Shown piece after piece: positions 8,137 through 16,845 of a stretch of DNA of 53,441 bases. The stretch's first letter is position 1; every line of letters begins with the position of its first letter. Under the pieces are notes generated by a model. It worked only from the letters and a program-made list of their open reading frames with translations. It was not told where the DNA came from and ran no database searches. The position numbers were made by a program, and so were the translations under genes. Source of the DNA: a virus. Lineage: Duplodnaviria > Caudoviricetes. The stretch lies in the IMG/VR virus record IMGVR_UViG_3300037761_000058, positions 1 through 53,441 of that record; one strand, given 5' to 3'.

Positions 8137-8825
8137 GCTGATCTGCTCGCAATGCCTGATTCCTGAACTACGCGAACGCCCGGGTAGATCAAGTCCTCTT
8201 TGAGAACCCGGGCTTGGTTGTTCAGGAACGTCATGTTGGCGTCCAGCGCATTCAGCGGGACGGAGCCAGCCGCTACGGCCTTGACGAGCTCCAGCTTGCT
8301 CACAACCTCGGCCCGGTAGGTGGTCCTGGTGGACAGCCCGGCGATCTTCGGCGTGGTGGGGGCGATGATGGGCGCCACTACTGCCGCCGCCGCTGCCTCG
8401 AGCGCGGCTGCCTTCTCCGTCTTCCCCTTCTCTGCGGCCTTCGCAGCCTGCGCCTCGAGCCGTTCCCGTTCCTTCCGGGCTTCCTCTTGGGCCTTGGCTT
8501 CAGCTGCGCGCCGGATCCGCTCCTGCTCCTGCTGATAGCCCAGGACGGCCCGCTTGACGTAGCCCTCGGCGTCGATCAGCGGTTGCTGGTGCTGCTTCTT
8601 CTCGGCGACCAGAGCTCGGTGAGCGTCGAATGCCCGCTTGATGTGCGGGTCGAACGTCTCGTCCAGCTTCTTCGACAGCGCCTTGATGACCTTCAGCTTG
8701 TCGGCGGATTCGATGTAGTGCTCCTCGCTCGTAACCCGGAACTCCTTGGCGACGGTGAGGGCGTTGCTGGTTTCCTGTACCAGTTCGGGCGTGGCGAGAT
8801 CGGTCACTTGTGCAGTTCCTTCCAT
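8133..8825 (-). CDS. coiled-coil protein of the recombination module
   Basis: Helical composition with C-terminal PGVRV motif; adjacent to exonuclease and annealase. Confidence 0.6.
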   Translation of the reverse strand: MEGTAQVTDLATPELVQETSNALTVAKEFRVTSEEHYIESADKLKVIKALSKKLDETFDPHIKRAFDAHRALVAEKKQHQQPLIDAEGYVKRAVLGYQQEQERIRRAAEAKAQEEARKERERLEAQAAKAAEKGKTEKAAALEAAAAAVVAPIIAPTTPKIAGLSTRTTYRAEVVSKLELVKAVAAGSVPLNALDANMTFLNNQARVLKEDLIYPGVRVVQESGIASRSA

Positions 8826-9472
8826 GCGTGGATGTTGAGCAGCGAGCGGAACACGTACTCATCGTTCTGCTCGTTGTACGAATAGAGCTTGTAGGTTCCG
8901 TCGCGTAGCAGCTGGACCCCGGCCCGCTTCTTGACCTTGATGCCGAGGCTTTCCGCGGCTGCGATGCTGTAGCCGGCCGTCTGGATGGCCGTCGCAGGGT
9001 CCATCGCCCATACGCACTTCGTATCCAAGAGCTCGTCCGGGGATTCGCTATCGAAAACGCGGGTCCCGAGCAGGTCAGGTGTGCCGGCGAATCTCAGCTT
9101 CCTCGAGTAGACGATCGGCTGATTGAGGAGTACCCGGAACCCGGTGTCCTGCTTGAAGGCAATCCAGGCCCGGAAGAAAGGCAGCACCGCAAGGTCCACG
9201 GAGTCCATGTCAAGGTCCTGCCTCTCCCATAGCGTGATCGCTGTATCCAGGGCCTTGCCGATCTGGCGCTTGTACTCCCGGGCTGCATCCGAGCCGCCCA
9301 TGCTCTGCAGCGGCCGGATGATCGTGGTCACAGAGGGAACGAGGTAGCCGTCAATCCGGTACTCGTGCCGTTCCTCGTCGAAACTGATCTCAGCCGGCTT
9401 CATCTGGTTGTCTAGTTGTTCCTGAATCCACTTGTCGTACTCGTAGTCTTCAGAGCCAGGGACGTAACTCAC
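8804..9472 (-). CDS. PD-(D/E)XK exonuclease
   Basis: PSVTTI, AGTPDL, DTK and Q..GY motifs. Confidence 0.82.
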   Translation of the reverse strand: MSYVPGSEDYEYDKWIQEQLDNQMKPAEISFDEERHEYRIDGYLVPSVTTIIRPLQSMGGSDAAREYKRQIGKALDTAITLWERQDLDMDSVDLAVLPFFRAWIAFKQDTGFRVLLNQPIVYSRKLRFAGTPDLLGTRVFDSESPDELLDTKCVWAMDPATAIQTAGYSIAAAESLGIKVKKRAGVQLLRDGTYKLYSYNEQNDEYVFRSLLNIHAWKELHK

Positions 9473-10299
9473 TCAGGCGTCTGCTCCCCGATCCAGACCA
9501 AAACGCGATTCACTTCGCCGAACGCGATGTCCTCGATCTTCTCGACCTTGAACTGCGCGCATAGCTTTTTCTCGTCCACAGTGCCGCCTTCGAGCTTCTT
9601 GCGGATGAACTTCAACTGACCGGATTCCAGCTTCTTCGAAGGATCAGCTGGCGCTGCTGCCGACTTCGCCCGCGGCTGCTGTACGGTCTGCTTCTGCTCG
9701 CCCTCGGTGACGGCTTCGCGTACCTCATCCGGCATGTCTTCGAGATCCTGGTTGAAGCAGTCGGAAGCCGCTAGGGCGGTGAGAGTGAAGTCGATTTGGC
9801 CGCGCTTCTTTGCCATCTTAAGGACCGTGTTCGCAACGTCAGCGGGCTCGGTCCTGACTTGCTGGACGGTGTAGTGTCCCTGTTGCTTGCGGCCGAACTT
9901 GACCCTACGCCGCGTTTCCGGCGTGCCGTCGAACTCCTCCTCGCAGACGGCCCGGCGCCACTTGTATTTCTCCTCGCCGCTTGAGCACTCACCGAGTCCG
10001 GTTCCGATTACGATGCCGCTGGTCTGATGGGTTCCTGTGCAGAAAACCCGGTAGCGAATCTCGTCCCCGGTTGACAGGTCCTCGACGCGAGGATTCACCG
10101 CAATGCGAAAGGTGGTGAGCAGAACTTCGGATCCGGCTTTGTAGAGCGCCGGCTTATCCGTTCCCGGGATGGTCCCGTAGTGGACTCCCTCTTTCATCAC
10201 GCTTTCCATGACACGCTGGATCAGCTGGACGTGTCCCTTAACTTCGGCCGCCGTGAGGGCTCTGGCTTCGTTCGGAATGACTGCGACTTCGGTGTTCAT
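9469..10299 (-). CDS. putative single-strand annealing (recombination) protein
   Basis: HYGTIPGTDKP.L.KAG.E, NTVLKMAKKR and F.QDLED motifs; paired with exonuclease; AAGGA RBS. Confidence 0.7.
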   Translation of the reverse strand: MNTEVAVIPNEARALTAAEVKGHVQLIQRVMESVMKEGVHYGTIPGTDKPALYKAGSEVLLTTFRIAVNPRVEDLSTGDEIRYRVFCTGTHQTSGIVIGTGLGECSSGEEKYKWRRAVCEEEFDGTPETRRRVKFGRKQQGHYTVQQVRTEPADVANTVLKMAKKRGQIDFTLTALAASDCFNQDLEDMPDEVREAVTEGEQKQTVQQPRAKSAAAPADPSKKLESGQLKFIRKKLEGGTVDEKKLCAQFKVEKIEDIAFGEVNRVLVWIGEQTPE

Positions 10300-10310
10300 G
10301 GAGTTCCTTT

Positions 10311-10637
10311 TCACAGTGTTCTCGCTCTCGCGCATGCCGGAATTGCCGGCGGCAGGGCACCATCGCCCCATGATCTGATCCACTCCTGGCCCACATCCTC
10401 GACGCCATCGTGGCGCACGCATGGCACTGGCGGCGTCAAGCGCATCAGGTCGATCGGCGACTCGAAAGCTGTCGCTGGTGGCATCCGCTCCGCCACCATC
10501 GCCTGCGTAACCACGGCTTCGTCGTAGTCCTTGGTGTGTGCCGCCACCACGAGGATCACCACCAGTGCAGCGTAGAAATACTCGCGCTTGCGTGGCTTGC
10601 CCGTAGGCAGTGGCGGCAGGTAGCGGCGCTCGGTCAT
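10311..10637 (-). CDS. single-TM hypothetical protein, first gene of the leftward operon
   Basis: Hydrophobic segment; ATG 6 nt after the PL -10. Confidence 0.6.
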   Translation of the reverse strand: MTERRYLPPLPTGKPRKREYFYAALVVILVVAAHTKDYDEAVVTQAMVAERMPPATAFESPIDLMRLTPPVPCVRHDGVEDVGQEWIRSWGDGALPPAIPACARARTL

Positions 10638-10643
10638 GGGCAA

Positions 10644-10688
10644 AGCCTAATGCGTACTTACATAGGCTGTCAATGCTTTTTTACATAG
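10644..10688 (-). promoter_or_regulatory. PL-like promoter (TTGACA-N18-TAGGCT) with two operators
   Basis: Operators CTATGTAAAAAAGCAT (10688-10673) and CTATGTAAGTACGCAT (10665-10650). Confidence 0.75.
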
Positions 10689-10733
10689 ACTTGCCAGAGC
10701 AAAGGGCAGGATCGGAGTTAACTTGTTGAGAGG

Positions 10734-10919
10734 CTAGGTTTTCTTTCGCGCCACGAAGGGGATGAGTTCTGCGGATCCGCCTTCGTAATCTGCAGCCGCG
10801 GCGTGAATGAAGTGCCGGACGTGTTCCCGGTTATCTAGGCTGCAAGCTCGATACGCTCTAACGACGAGGACTTCTTCGGCCGTCAGTAGGACTAGAGCCA
10901 CCGGAGCTTGTATCGACAT
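10734..10919 (-). CDS. small protein downstream of repressor
   Basis: ORF track; overlaps the cI 3' end. Confidence 0.45.
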   Translation of the reverse strand: MSIQAPVALVLLTAEEVLVVRAYRACSLDNREHVRHFIHAAAADYEGGSAELIPFVARKKT

Positions 10920-11265
10920 CGCGTTCGATAGCGCCTATCGCTCCTTTGGCGGCAAGGATGAGCAATTTTCGACCGTTCTCGCCAGAGTGCGCCCAGGCCC
11001 GCAGGAGTAGCAGGAACTTTTCATCACTCGCAGCCGGCATTAACAGTTGCCAACATTCTACGCCGAGCCCCATAGCGAGCGCTTCCAGATGATCGACCGT
11101 GGCGCCGTTGGTCGATCGCTCAATCCTGCTGACCGTGCTTTGGTCTACCTCGAGCCCGTGCCGCTTCGCTGCTTTGGCAACGTCCGGCTGGCTGAGCTCC
11201 TTGTCCGCCCTGATCGCCTTGATGTTCTCTGCCACGAGATCCCTTAAAGGCTTGGTTTTATGCAT
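10858..11265 (-). CDS. XRE/CI-like repressor
   Basis: NIKAIR...LSQPDVAK...QSTVSRIER HTH; divergent from cro-like gene; start MHKTKP. Confidence 0.85.
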   Translation of the reverse strand: MHKTKPLRDLVAENIKAIRADKELSQPDVAKAAKRHGLEVDQSTVSRIERSTNGATVDHLEALAMGLGVECWQLLMPAASDEKFLLLLRAWAHSGENGRKLLILAAKGAIGAIERDVDTSSGGSSPTDGRRSPRR

Positions 11266-11338
11266 AGAAACAGAGTAACCGCTCTCGCCATGCGACGTTA
11301 CCTTGACAGCCTGTGTAAACATGCATGAGAATGGCTTC
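11266..11338. promoter_or_regulatory. PR/PRM divergent switch with operators
   Basis: TTGACA 11303, operator CTGTGTAAACATGCAT 11311-11326, GAGAAT 11327; minus-strand TACTCT 6 nt before the cI ATG. Confidence 0.72.
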
Positions 11339-11563
11339 ATGGACGAACCAATTTTCGAGACGATCAAACGTCGCCTCGAGGAGTGCAAGGGGGATTTGCC
11401 ACAGATCGCAGACGAGTCAGGCGTCAACATCGCCACGATTCGGAACATCCTGAACGGCAGATCCGATAACCCGGGCGTGCAAAAGTGCCAGATGCTCCTC
11501 GACTACTTCCGCGCTCGGGACGAGATGATTTCCAAGTTGCGGCGCCAGGAAACGGCTGCGTGA
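11339..11563 (+). CDS. Cro-like HTH regulator
   Basis: LPQIADESGVNIATIRNILNG HTH. Confidence 0.82.
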   Translation: MDEPIFETIKRRLEECKGDLPQIADESGVNIATIRNILNGRSDNPGVQKCQMLLDYFRARDEMISKLRRQETAA

Positions 11564-11597
11564 GTTCCCCCGTCCGCTTCCCCCCTGAGCGGACTTT

Positions 11598-11634
11598 CCC
11601 CGGCCGGCTTGCAGGCTGGCCGGGGTTTCTTTTT
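11598..11634 (+). terminator. tR1-like intrinsic terminator
   Basis: CCCCGGCC...GGCCGGGG stem followed by TTTCTTTTT. Confidence 0.75.
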
Positions 11635-11645
11635 CTAGGCGCCTG

Positions 11646-11864
11646 ATGTCTCTCCGCGGCAAGGAAGTAAGGCCGTTTCTTGATGATGCAGTACACGAGC
11701 GGCTGTCCATCATGGCCGAGTTCAAGGACATGCAGATTGCGGAGCTCGCTGCTCGTCTGCTCGAGAAAATGATCGTGGCTGAGTGGCATGAGGTCAGTAT
11801 CCTGATCGAGCGTTCCGAGCGCCTTGGAAAAAGGTGGAAGGCCGTCGAAGGCGACGAGAAGTGA
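11646..11864 (+). CDS. small regulator at the cII position (RHH-like)
   Basis: Position after cro; strand-helix-helix pattern. Confidence 0.55.
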   Translation: MSLRGKEVRPFLDDAVHERLSIMAEFKDMQIAELAARLLEKMIVAEWHEVSILIERSERLGKRWKAVEGDEK

Positions 11865-11875
11865 GCGCCTAGGCT

Positions 11876-12598
11876 GTGTACAACAAGCTGTTCACGAAGA
11901 TTCTGGATTCGACGATTTGGCTCGAATCCGACTCTACCCGGCTGGTCTGGATCACCTTCATCGCTGCAATGGACGAGGACGGCTTTGTGGCCCTCTCCAG
12001 CGTCGGCAATGTGGCGGCTAGGGCCAGGGTATCCCTTGAGGCTGCAGCCGCAGCCATCTTGTCCCTAGAGAGCCCTGACGCGCAGGACAAGACACAAGAC
12101 CACGACGGCCGACGCATAGAGCGCGTCCCTTCAGGCTGGATGGTGCTGAACGCCGCCAAGTACCGGGACATCATTCTCCGGGCGTCAGCCAGGGAGCAAA
12201 CAAGGGCTCGTGTAGCCAAGCACAGGGCGCGTAACGCTGATGTAACGCATGGTAACGGTGAGAAACGAAATGTTACGCCATCAGTAGCAGTAGCAGTAGC
12301 AGTAGCAGAAGCAAAGAAAGACACTAGCTCGCGCAAAAACGGCGCTCGCCAAGCACGCATAGATTCTTCCCCCGTCATTCAAACCCTACCTCTACGGGAA
12401 GGGGGTGATTTTCAAGTCCACCAGTCCCTCATTGCCGAGCTTGAGCCTTTGTATCCGTCCGTGGACGTGACGACGACGATCGGCGAAATGAAGGGCTGGC
12501 TGATAGGGAACCCAACGAAGCGCAAGACCCGCCGCGGGGTTACGGCATTCATCACGCGCTGGCTGCAGCAAGAGCAGGAGAAGGCCAGTGGCGTTTAA
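11876..12598 (+). CDS. phage replication initiator
   Basis: N-terminal wHTH-like region, RV.KHR motif, internal DNA repeats, C-terminal WL..NP..R...FI.RWL. Confidence 0.75.
   Translation: MYNKLFTKILDSTIWLESDSTRLVWITFIAAMDEDGFVALSSVGNVAARARVSLEAAAAAILSLESPDAQDKTQDHDGRRIERVPSGWMVLNAAKYRDIILRASAREQTRARVAKHRARNADVTHGNGEKRNVTPSVAVAVAVAEAKKDTSSRKNGARQARIDSSPVIQTLPLREGGDFQVHQSLIAELEPLYPSVDVTTTIGEMKGWLIGNPTKRKTRRGVTAFITRWLQQEQEKASGV
12231..12311 (+). repeat. putative origin: phased GTAACG-like iterons plus (CAGTAG)4
   Basis: GTAACG at 12231, 12242, 12252; GAAACG 12262; GTTACG 12272; CAGTAG tandem 12282-12305. Confidence 0.55.
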
Positions 12599-12902
12599 GA
12601 AGGGAACGACGCAGCACGAAGAAAAGCCGTCGATAGACTGCGCGTTCGCCCCGCATTGCTTCAGGCCGGCATTGATTCGTCAGGAGACGAAGGAGGGCTT
12701 CAAGAATTTATGCCTGCAGCATTACCACGAGTACCTTGAGCGAGAGCGCAACGAGCGATGGATGGCGGCTGGTATGCCGACACGCGAGCAGTCTCTCGCC
12801 AAGGCGCGCGGCATGTTCATCAAGACAGTTGCCGGCGGGCGGTTTCAAGAACGAGAGCCAGGCGAAGACGATGAGGCGCTAGACATTGCAGGCCAAGCGT
12901 GA
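12588..12902 (+). CDS. hypothetical protein (Cys/His motif)
   Basis: ORF track; follows initiator. Confidence 0.55.
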   Translation: MAFKKGTTQHEEKPSIDCAFAPHCFRPALIRQETKEGFKNLCLQHYHEYLERERNERWMAAGMPTREQSLAKARGMFIKTVAGGRFQEREPGEDDEALDIAGQA

Positions 12903-13044
12903 CCTTGGACGAGGCGCTAAAACTGCAGGAGGAGCAAGCGAGGGCCGAGCTTGAGATGTGCTATCGGCTGACAGTGGAGGAGATCGTGGAGTACCTGCAT
13001 TGGGCTCAGTCTCAATCTAGAGCGGCACGCGCGGACACGGAAGG

Positions 13045-13551
13045 ATGATCCTCCCTGAGCAAGTGCCGGAGTTGTTGCGCGAGTTGTCGCCATACTTCAC
13101 GACGATAGTGGAGTCGCAGCTAAAGGATTACGGGGAATCTGCAAACGCGGGGTGCTGGGTATCCTTCCGATTGCCGGCGCCGGAGGATTTAGAACCATTC
13201 CGCGGGCAGGACAGGACTGGGCGCAATGCCAGGACAGGGAAGCGCTACACGCTGATGTTGATCGAGTTGACCGACCAGGACGAACATATGCCACCAGAAC
13301 CAGAAGCGAAGCCACGCAAGCTAAGCCAGATTGCCGGTGGACTGTGCCATGACGCCAAGTTCCGCGCATGGTGCGAGGCACAGTACGGCGAGCCTTGCCC
13401 GGATGAAGCGGCAGCGGCGCAACTGATCCGCGAGGTATGCGGAATCGAGAGTCGGGCGCATCTTGATGTGAACGAAGAAGCGGCCAAGGTGTTCAGGGAA
13501 TTGCTGGCCGACTACGACAAAGCGAAAGATGAGCCCAGCAGAGCGGCATAA
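13045..13551 (+). CDS. nin-region hypothetical protein
   Basis: ORF track; overlaps downstream gene. Confidence 0.6.
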   Translation: MILPEQVPELLRELSPYFTTIVESQLKDYGESANAGCWVSFRLPAPEDLEPFRGQDRTGRNARTGKRYTLMLIELTDQDEHMPPEPEAKPRKLSQIAGGLCHDAKFRAWCEAQYGEPCPDEAAAAQLIREVCGIESRAHLDVNEEAAKVFRELLADYDKAKDEPSRAA

Positions 13552-13831
13552 GACTAGGGTTGCGGCGCTGGGCTGCGTGATATGCCGGCGCCTGGGCTTT
13601 CAGCCTGCAATCCCGGCAGAGGTTCACCACGTTGCCGAGGGCTCTGGCTTACGGTCAGATTTTGCAGTGGCGGCTTTGTGCCCAGAACATCACCGCGGGA
13701 AAGCCGGGCTGCATGGCATGGGCACGAAGCACTTTTGCTCGCTCTACCGCTTGCCAGGGGAATCGGAGTATGGGCTTCTGGTCTGGGTCAATGAGGATCT
13801 TGCTCGTCACGGCGCGCAAGTGGTCTGGTGA
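13529..13831 (+). CDS. Ref-like HNH nuclease
   Basis: LGCVIC...EVHH...LCPEHH motif. Confidence 0.75.
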   Translation: MSPAERHKTRVAALGCVICRRLGFQPAIPAEVHHVAEGSGLRSDFAVAALCPEHHRGKAGLHGMGTKHFCSLYRLPGESEYGLLVWVNEDLARHGAQVVW

Positions 13832-14097
13832 GACACGCTGCGCGCACCGATGCCAGCCAGTCCGAGGTAGTTAAGGCACTGCGTGCTATCGGCGCTCAGG
13901 TGTACTACGTGAAGCTGCCGCTCGACTTGCTGGTGGCCTACCGTTCGCGGACGTTCCTGGTAGAGGTGAAAGAGAACGGTGGCCGGCTGACGAAAGAGCA
14001 GGCCGAGTTTCTTGCGATATGGTCGGGCGAGGCGCATGTGGTGCGCTCGCCCGAGGAAGCGGTGGTAGCGGCGGTGGGCCCGCAGGCAATGAAATGA
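13828..14097 (+). CDS. VRR-NUC-like nuclease
   Basis: DLLV...LVEVK...LT..Q..F motif. Confidence 0.78.
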   Translation: MRHAARTDASQSEVVKALRAIGAQVYYVKLPLDLLVAYRSRTFLVEVKENGGRLTKEQAEFLAIWSGEAHVVRSPEEAVVAAVGPQAMK

Positions 14098-14126
14098 AAA
14101 AGCCGGGCTGCTAACCCGGCTTTGTT
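14097..14126. terminator. bidirectional intrinsic terminator
   Basis: AAAGCCGGG-ctgctaa-CCCGGCTTT between convergent genes. Confidence 0.8.
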
Positions 14127-14139
14127 GGGTGGGATGAAG

Positions 14140-14547
14140 TTAGGCTGCGGCCTTGAGGTATTTCGGATATTTGCGCTTCATGGCAGCAAGGTCTCCGCTC
14201 CAGATTGGCGTGCTGTTGTCGCCGTCCACCTTGAACACTGAGATCATGAGCGGATTGCATTTGCCCTTACCGAAGTAATCCCCTTGCTTGGCGCTGATCT
14301 CGTAGCGGTATTCAAGGTCGCCATGAACTTCATGCCCTTTGGTGAAGTAGATGTTCCCGCCGCCCTCTTTTGAGCCGCGCACAAACGCAGCAGCGAAGTC
14401 CATTGCTTCAAAGCGCGGCAATGGCCACGAAAACGGTACAGCGTCAGCGATGCGCTTAACCTGATACTCCGGGTATCCGTCGCCATGCGTGTAGATGTGG
14501 AACGTGTCGCTTTCGTCCTTGATGGTGACTACGGCTCTTGTGCTCAT
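14140..14547 (-). CDS. conserved phage hypothetical protein (MSTR...Y.HGDGYP)
   Basis: AGGAGG RBS; recognisable N-terminal pattern. Confidence 0.7.
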   Translation of the reverse strand: MSTRAVVTIKDESDTFHIYTHGDGYPEYQVKRIADAVPFSWPLPRFEAMDFAAAFVRGSKEGGGNIYFTKGHEVHGDLEYRYEISAKQGDYFGKGKCNPLMISVFKVDGDNSTPIWSGDLAAMKRKYPKYLKAAA

Positions 14548-14766
14548 GTTGCCTCCTAGGTTGACCGGCTTGCAGGCCGGCAGTGCGTTAGATCGAGCGA
14601 TTAAATCCAGCGAGCCCAGACAGCAGCATCATGCGAGCGTGCGGCTTGATGCCTGCTATGCGGGTCGCGGTGTAAACCCGGAAAAGGTCTGCATCGCGCT
14701 GGTCCGCCTGCAGCTGTTTCCAGCTGAGTGCGTAGGCGTGAGCGGGCATCGTTGCGGCTTGGCGCA

Positions 14767-15036
14767 TTATTCCTCCCCGAGTTCGCGCAGGAGGGCGTAA
14801 GCACGGTCTACTGACCGTTTCGCGTTGATGCTGTAAGCCTCGCGCAGCGCTTCTACCAGCTTCGGGTAGGCGTTAGCCGCGTGCGCCAGATATGCGGCAT
14901 TCATCTTGCGGCCTTCCGGCGTGAACCTAGGCTCATTGGTGCGCGCAACCGTGTACCACTGGCCGTGAGAGATTGCCTTCACGGTGAATGCCTCGGCCCT
15001 GTATTCCAAGGGCGCGGCGGGTGTGTGCTTGGGCAT
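14767..15036 (-). CDS. KHTP...NAAYLAHAANA-type phage protein
   Basis: Motif typical of small phage early proteins; start approximate. Confidence 0.55.
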   Translation of the reverse strand: MPKHTPAAPLEYRAEAFTVKAISHGQWYTVARTNEPRFTPEGRKMNAAYLAHAANAYPKLVEALREAYSINAKRSVDRAYALLRELGEE

Positions 15037-15038
15037 GG

Positions 15039-15245
15039 TCACAGTCCGAACGACTTGGCGTTGCTCTCGGCTTGCGTCGGGCTTTCCTTGGCGCAGGCGA
15101 TGCCGAGGCGGATTTCGCGGTTCATGTCGCGCGTGGTCATGCTGCCGAAACTCGTTCCCGGCAGCAGCATGAAGCCGAACACATGGCGAGCGTTGCACTT
15201 CGGATCAATCTTGCGGATTGCTTCCTCGATGTAGCGTGGGATCAT
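15039..15245 (-). CDS. hypothetical protein (MIPRYIEE...)
   Basis: GAGGG RBS downstream of a TATAAT promoter. Confidence 0.55.
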   Translation of the reverse strand: MIPRYIEEAIRKIDPKCNARHVFGFMLLPGTSFGSMTTRDMNREIRLGIACAKESPTQAESNAKSFGL

Positions 15246-15291
15246 GGTTTTTCCCTCTCGTAACCCGGTCTTTGCAGCGACCGTATGCTGG

Positions 15292-15322
15292 ATTATATGC
15301 ATAGATGCATAGATCAGGTCAA
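15292..15322 (-). promoter_or_regulatory. leftward promoter with repressor-type operator
   Basis: TTGACC-N19-TATAAT enclosing CTATGCATCTATGCAT (15312-15297). Confidence 0.65.
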
Positions 15323-15419
15323 GGGGGAAATGGTTCCCGGGTAACTTGCCCCTATATAACCGTTTGACGAAACCCGGACACAGGGTTAGGTTCCATGCAC
15401 TTACGCATTGGGGCGCCAT

Positions 15420-15944
15420 GTGATCTACGCCATCCGTTTCGGATACCTCGGTTTCCTCAAGTTCGGCGTATCTGCAAACCCGGCTGTAAGGATTACGCAT
15501 CTTCAGATCGCGGCCCCTGTACGTCTTGAGCTCATAGCTACTGCAGACTGGCCAGATAAGTTCGAGCGGCGGGTCCATCAGTACCTCCACGAAACCCGGC
15601 TTGAGGGGGAATGGTTCAAAGGCGGGGACGATGAGCGTTCTACGCAGGTCCTCGACTGCATGCAGGACCAGCTTAACGGGCAGCGTCGCTTCCTCGACGC
15701 CTACGCCCAACACATGGATGCTGTCCGGGCCCTAGTCGCCGAGGATAAGCAACAGTCAAAGCTTAGAAAGCGCAGGATGCAAAGAATGGCTTGGTGGATG
15801 GGTGTTGGAGCCACTCAATCCTCGTGTGCGCGCTATGACTTCGACTGGGACTCGACAATCAGTAGGTGGATGAAGTCGGGCTCCCACCGCCTTGGTGCGA
15901 ATGGGCACGCACAGACGATAGATCATGGCGCTGGCGATCGGTAA
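15420..15944 (+). CDS. GIY-YIG (T5orf172/MUG113-like) domain protein
   Basis: IY.I...LKFG.S.NP..R...LQ...E..VH...R..GEWF. Confidence 0.75.
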   Translation: MIYAIRFGYLGFLKFGVSANPAVRITHLQIAAPVRLELIATADWPDKFERRVHQYLHETRLEGEWFKGGDDERSTQVLDCMQDQLNGQRRFLDAYAQHMDAVRALVAEDKQQSKLRKRRMQRMAWWMGVGATQSSCARYDFDWDSTISRWMKSGSHRLGANGHAQTIDHGAGDR

Positions 15945-16135
15945 TCAATGGCCCTCATCGACATCAACTCATTGAATGTGCGCGTATCTCGTTGCTACCA
16001 GTCAGAGCAGCGCATGCACATCAGCCCAGCTGCAGGGCCAGGAGCGCCAGGGCAGAGGCGGGACCGGCTCACCCCCCTGCTGGGCTCACGACCGTCCCGT
16101 GGCATAGACCAGCCGGCAGAGAGGAGCCTGACCCT

Positions 16136-16399
16136 ATGACGAAGTGCCGTGTCTGTGGGAACGAACACTCAGGTGGATGTGCTCAGTTTTTCGCCAGCGC
16201 CTCGCGTGCGACCCGGAGGAAGGTAGAGCCGCCCGCGGCGAAGCCAGTGGTTGACGTAGCGAACGTAGCGAACACTGCCGTAGCGAACAAAGACGTTGAG
16301 CGCGTGAAGCGATGGCGGGTTGCTAACCGCGAGAAGTACAACGCTAGGGAGCGCGAGCGGATGCGGGCTCGGCGGGCTGCGGGGCGGGTTTCGGGGTGA
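16136..16399 (+). CDS. basic hypothetical protein
   Basis: GAGGAG RBS; CxxC N-terminus and Arg-rich C-terminus. Confidence 0.55.
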   Translation: MTKCRVCGNEHSGGCAQFFASASRATRRKVEPPAAKPVVDVANVANTAVANKDVERVKRWRVANREKYNARERERMRARRAAGRVSG

Positions 16400-16845
16400 G
16401 CATGGGCTACAACAAGGACTGGTTTTACGGTCGCGGAGTTGAAGACGAGGAAGCGCGCGCCGAGCGGCACGAGCTCAGGAAGGTCATCGGCATCCTTCTC
16501 GTCGTGGGGGTGCTGGTCGGGCTATTTCTGGGTGTGGCCACCGCGCAGGAGGTTCCGGTGTACGTGCATGACAGCGACGCCCTTAAGGCGCGTCTGCTGG
16601 CGATACCCTGCAATGATCCGCGCGTCATGGAGATGCTCACGGGATACCGGCACTCAGGCAGGTTCAAGGTCATCGAGGCGAGATTCAAGATGCGCAGCGG
16701 GGGCTGGCGGGACTACTCCGGCTGTTGGGCTGAGTTCACCGCAAAGGAGGTCGGCTTCGAGGCGCTGTTCCTGCTCTTCGAGGATGGGGACAAATATCTG
16801 GTGAACAAGGCCGAGTTTCTGGCCGGCAAAGGGCAGGGGACATGA
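16396..16845 (+). CDS. membrane-anchored or exported hypothetical protein
   Basis: Hydrophobic segment ending ATAQ. Confidence 0.6.
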   Translation: MSMGYNKDWFYGRGVEDEEARAERHELRKVIGILLVVGVLVGLFLGVATAQEVPVYVHDSDALKARLLAIPCNDPRVMEMLTGYRHSGRFKVIEARFKMRSGGWRDYSGCWAEFTAKEVGFEALFLLFEDGDKYLVNKAEFLAGKGQGT

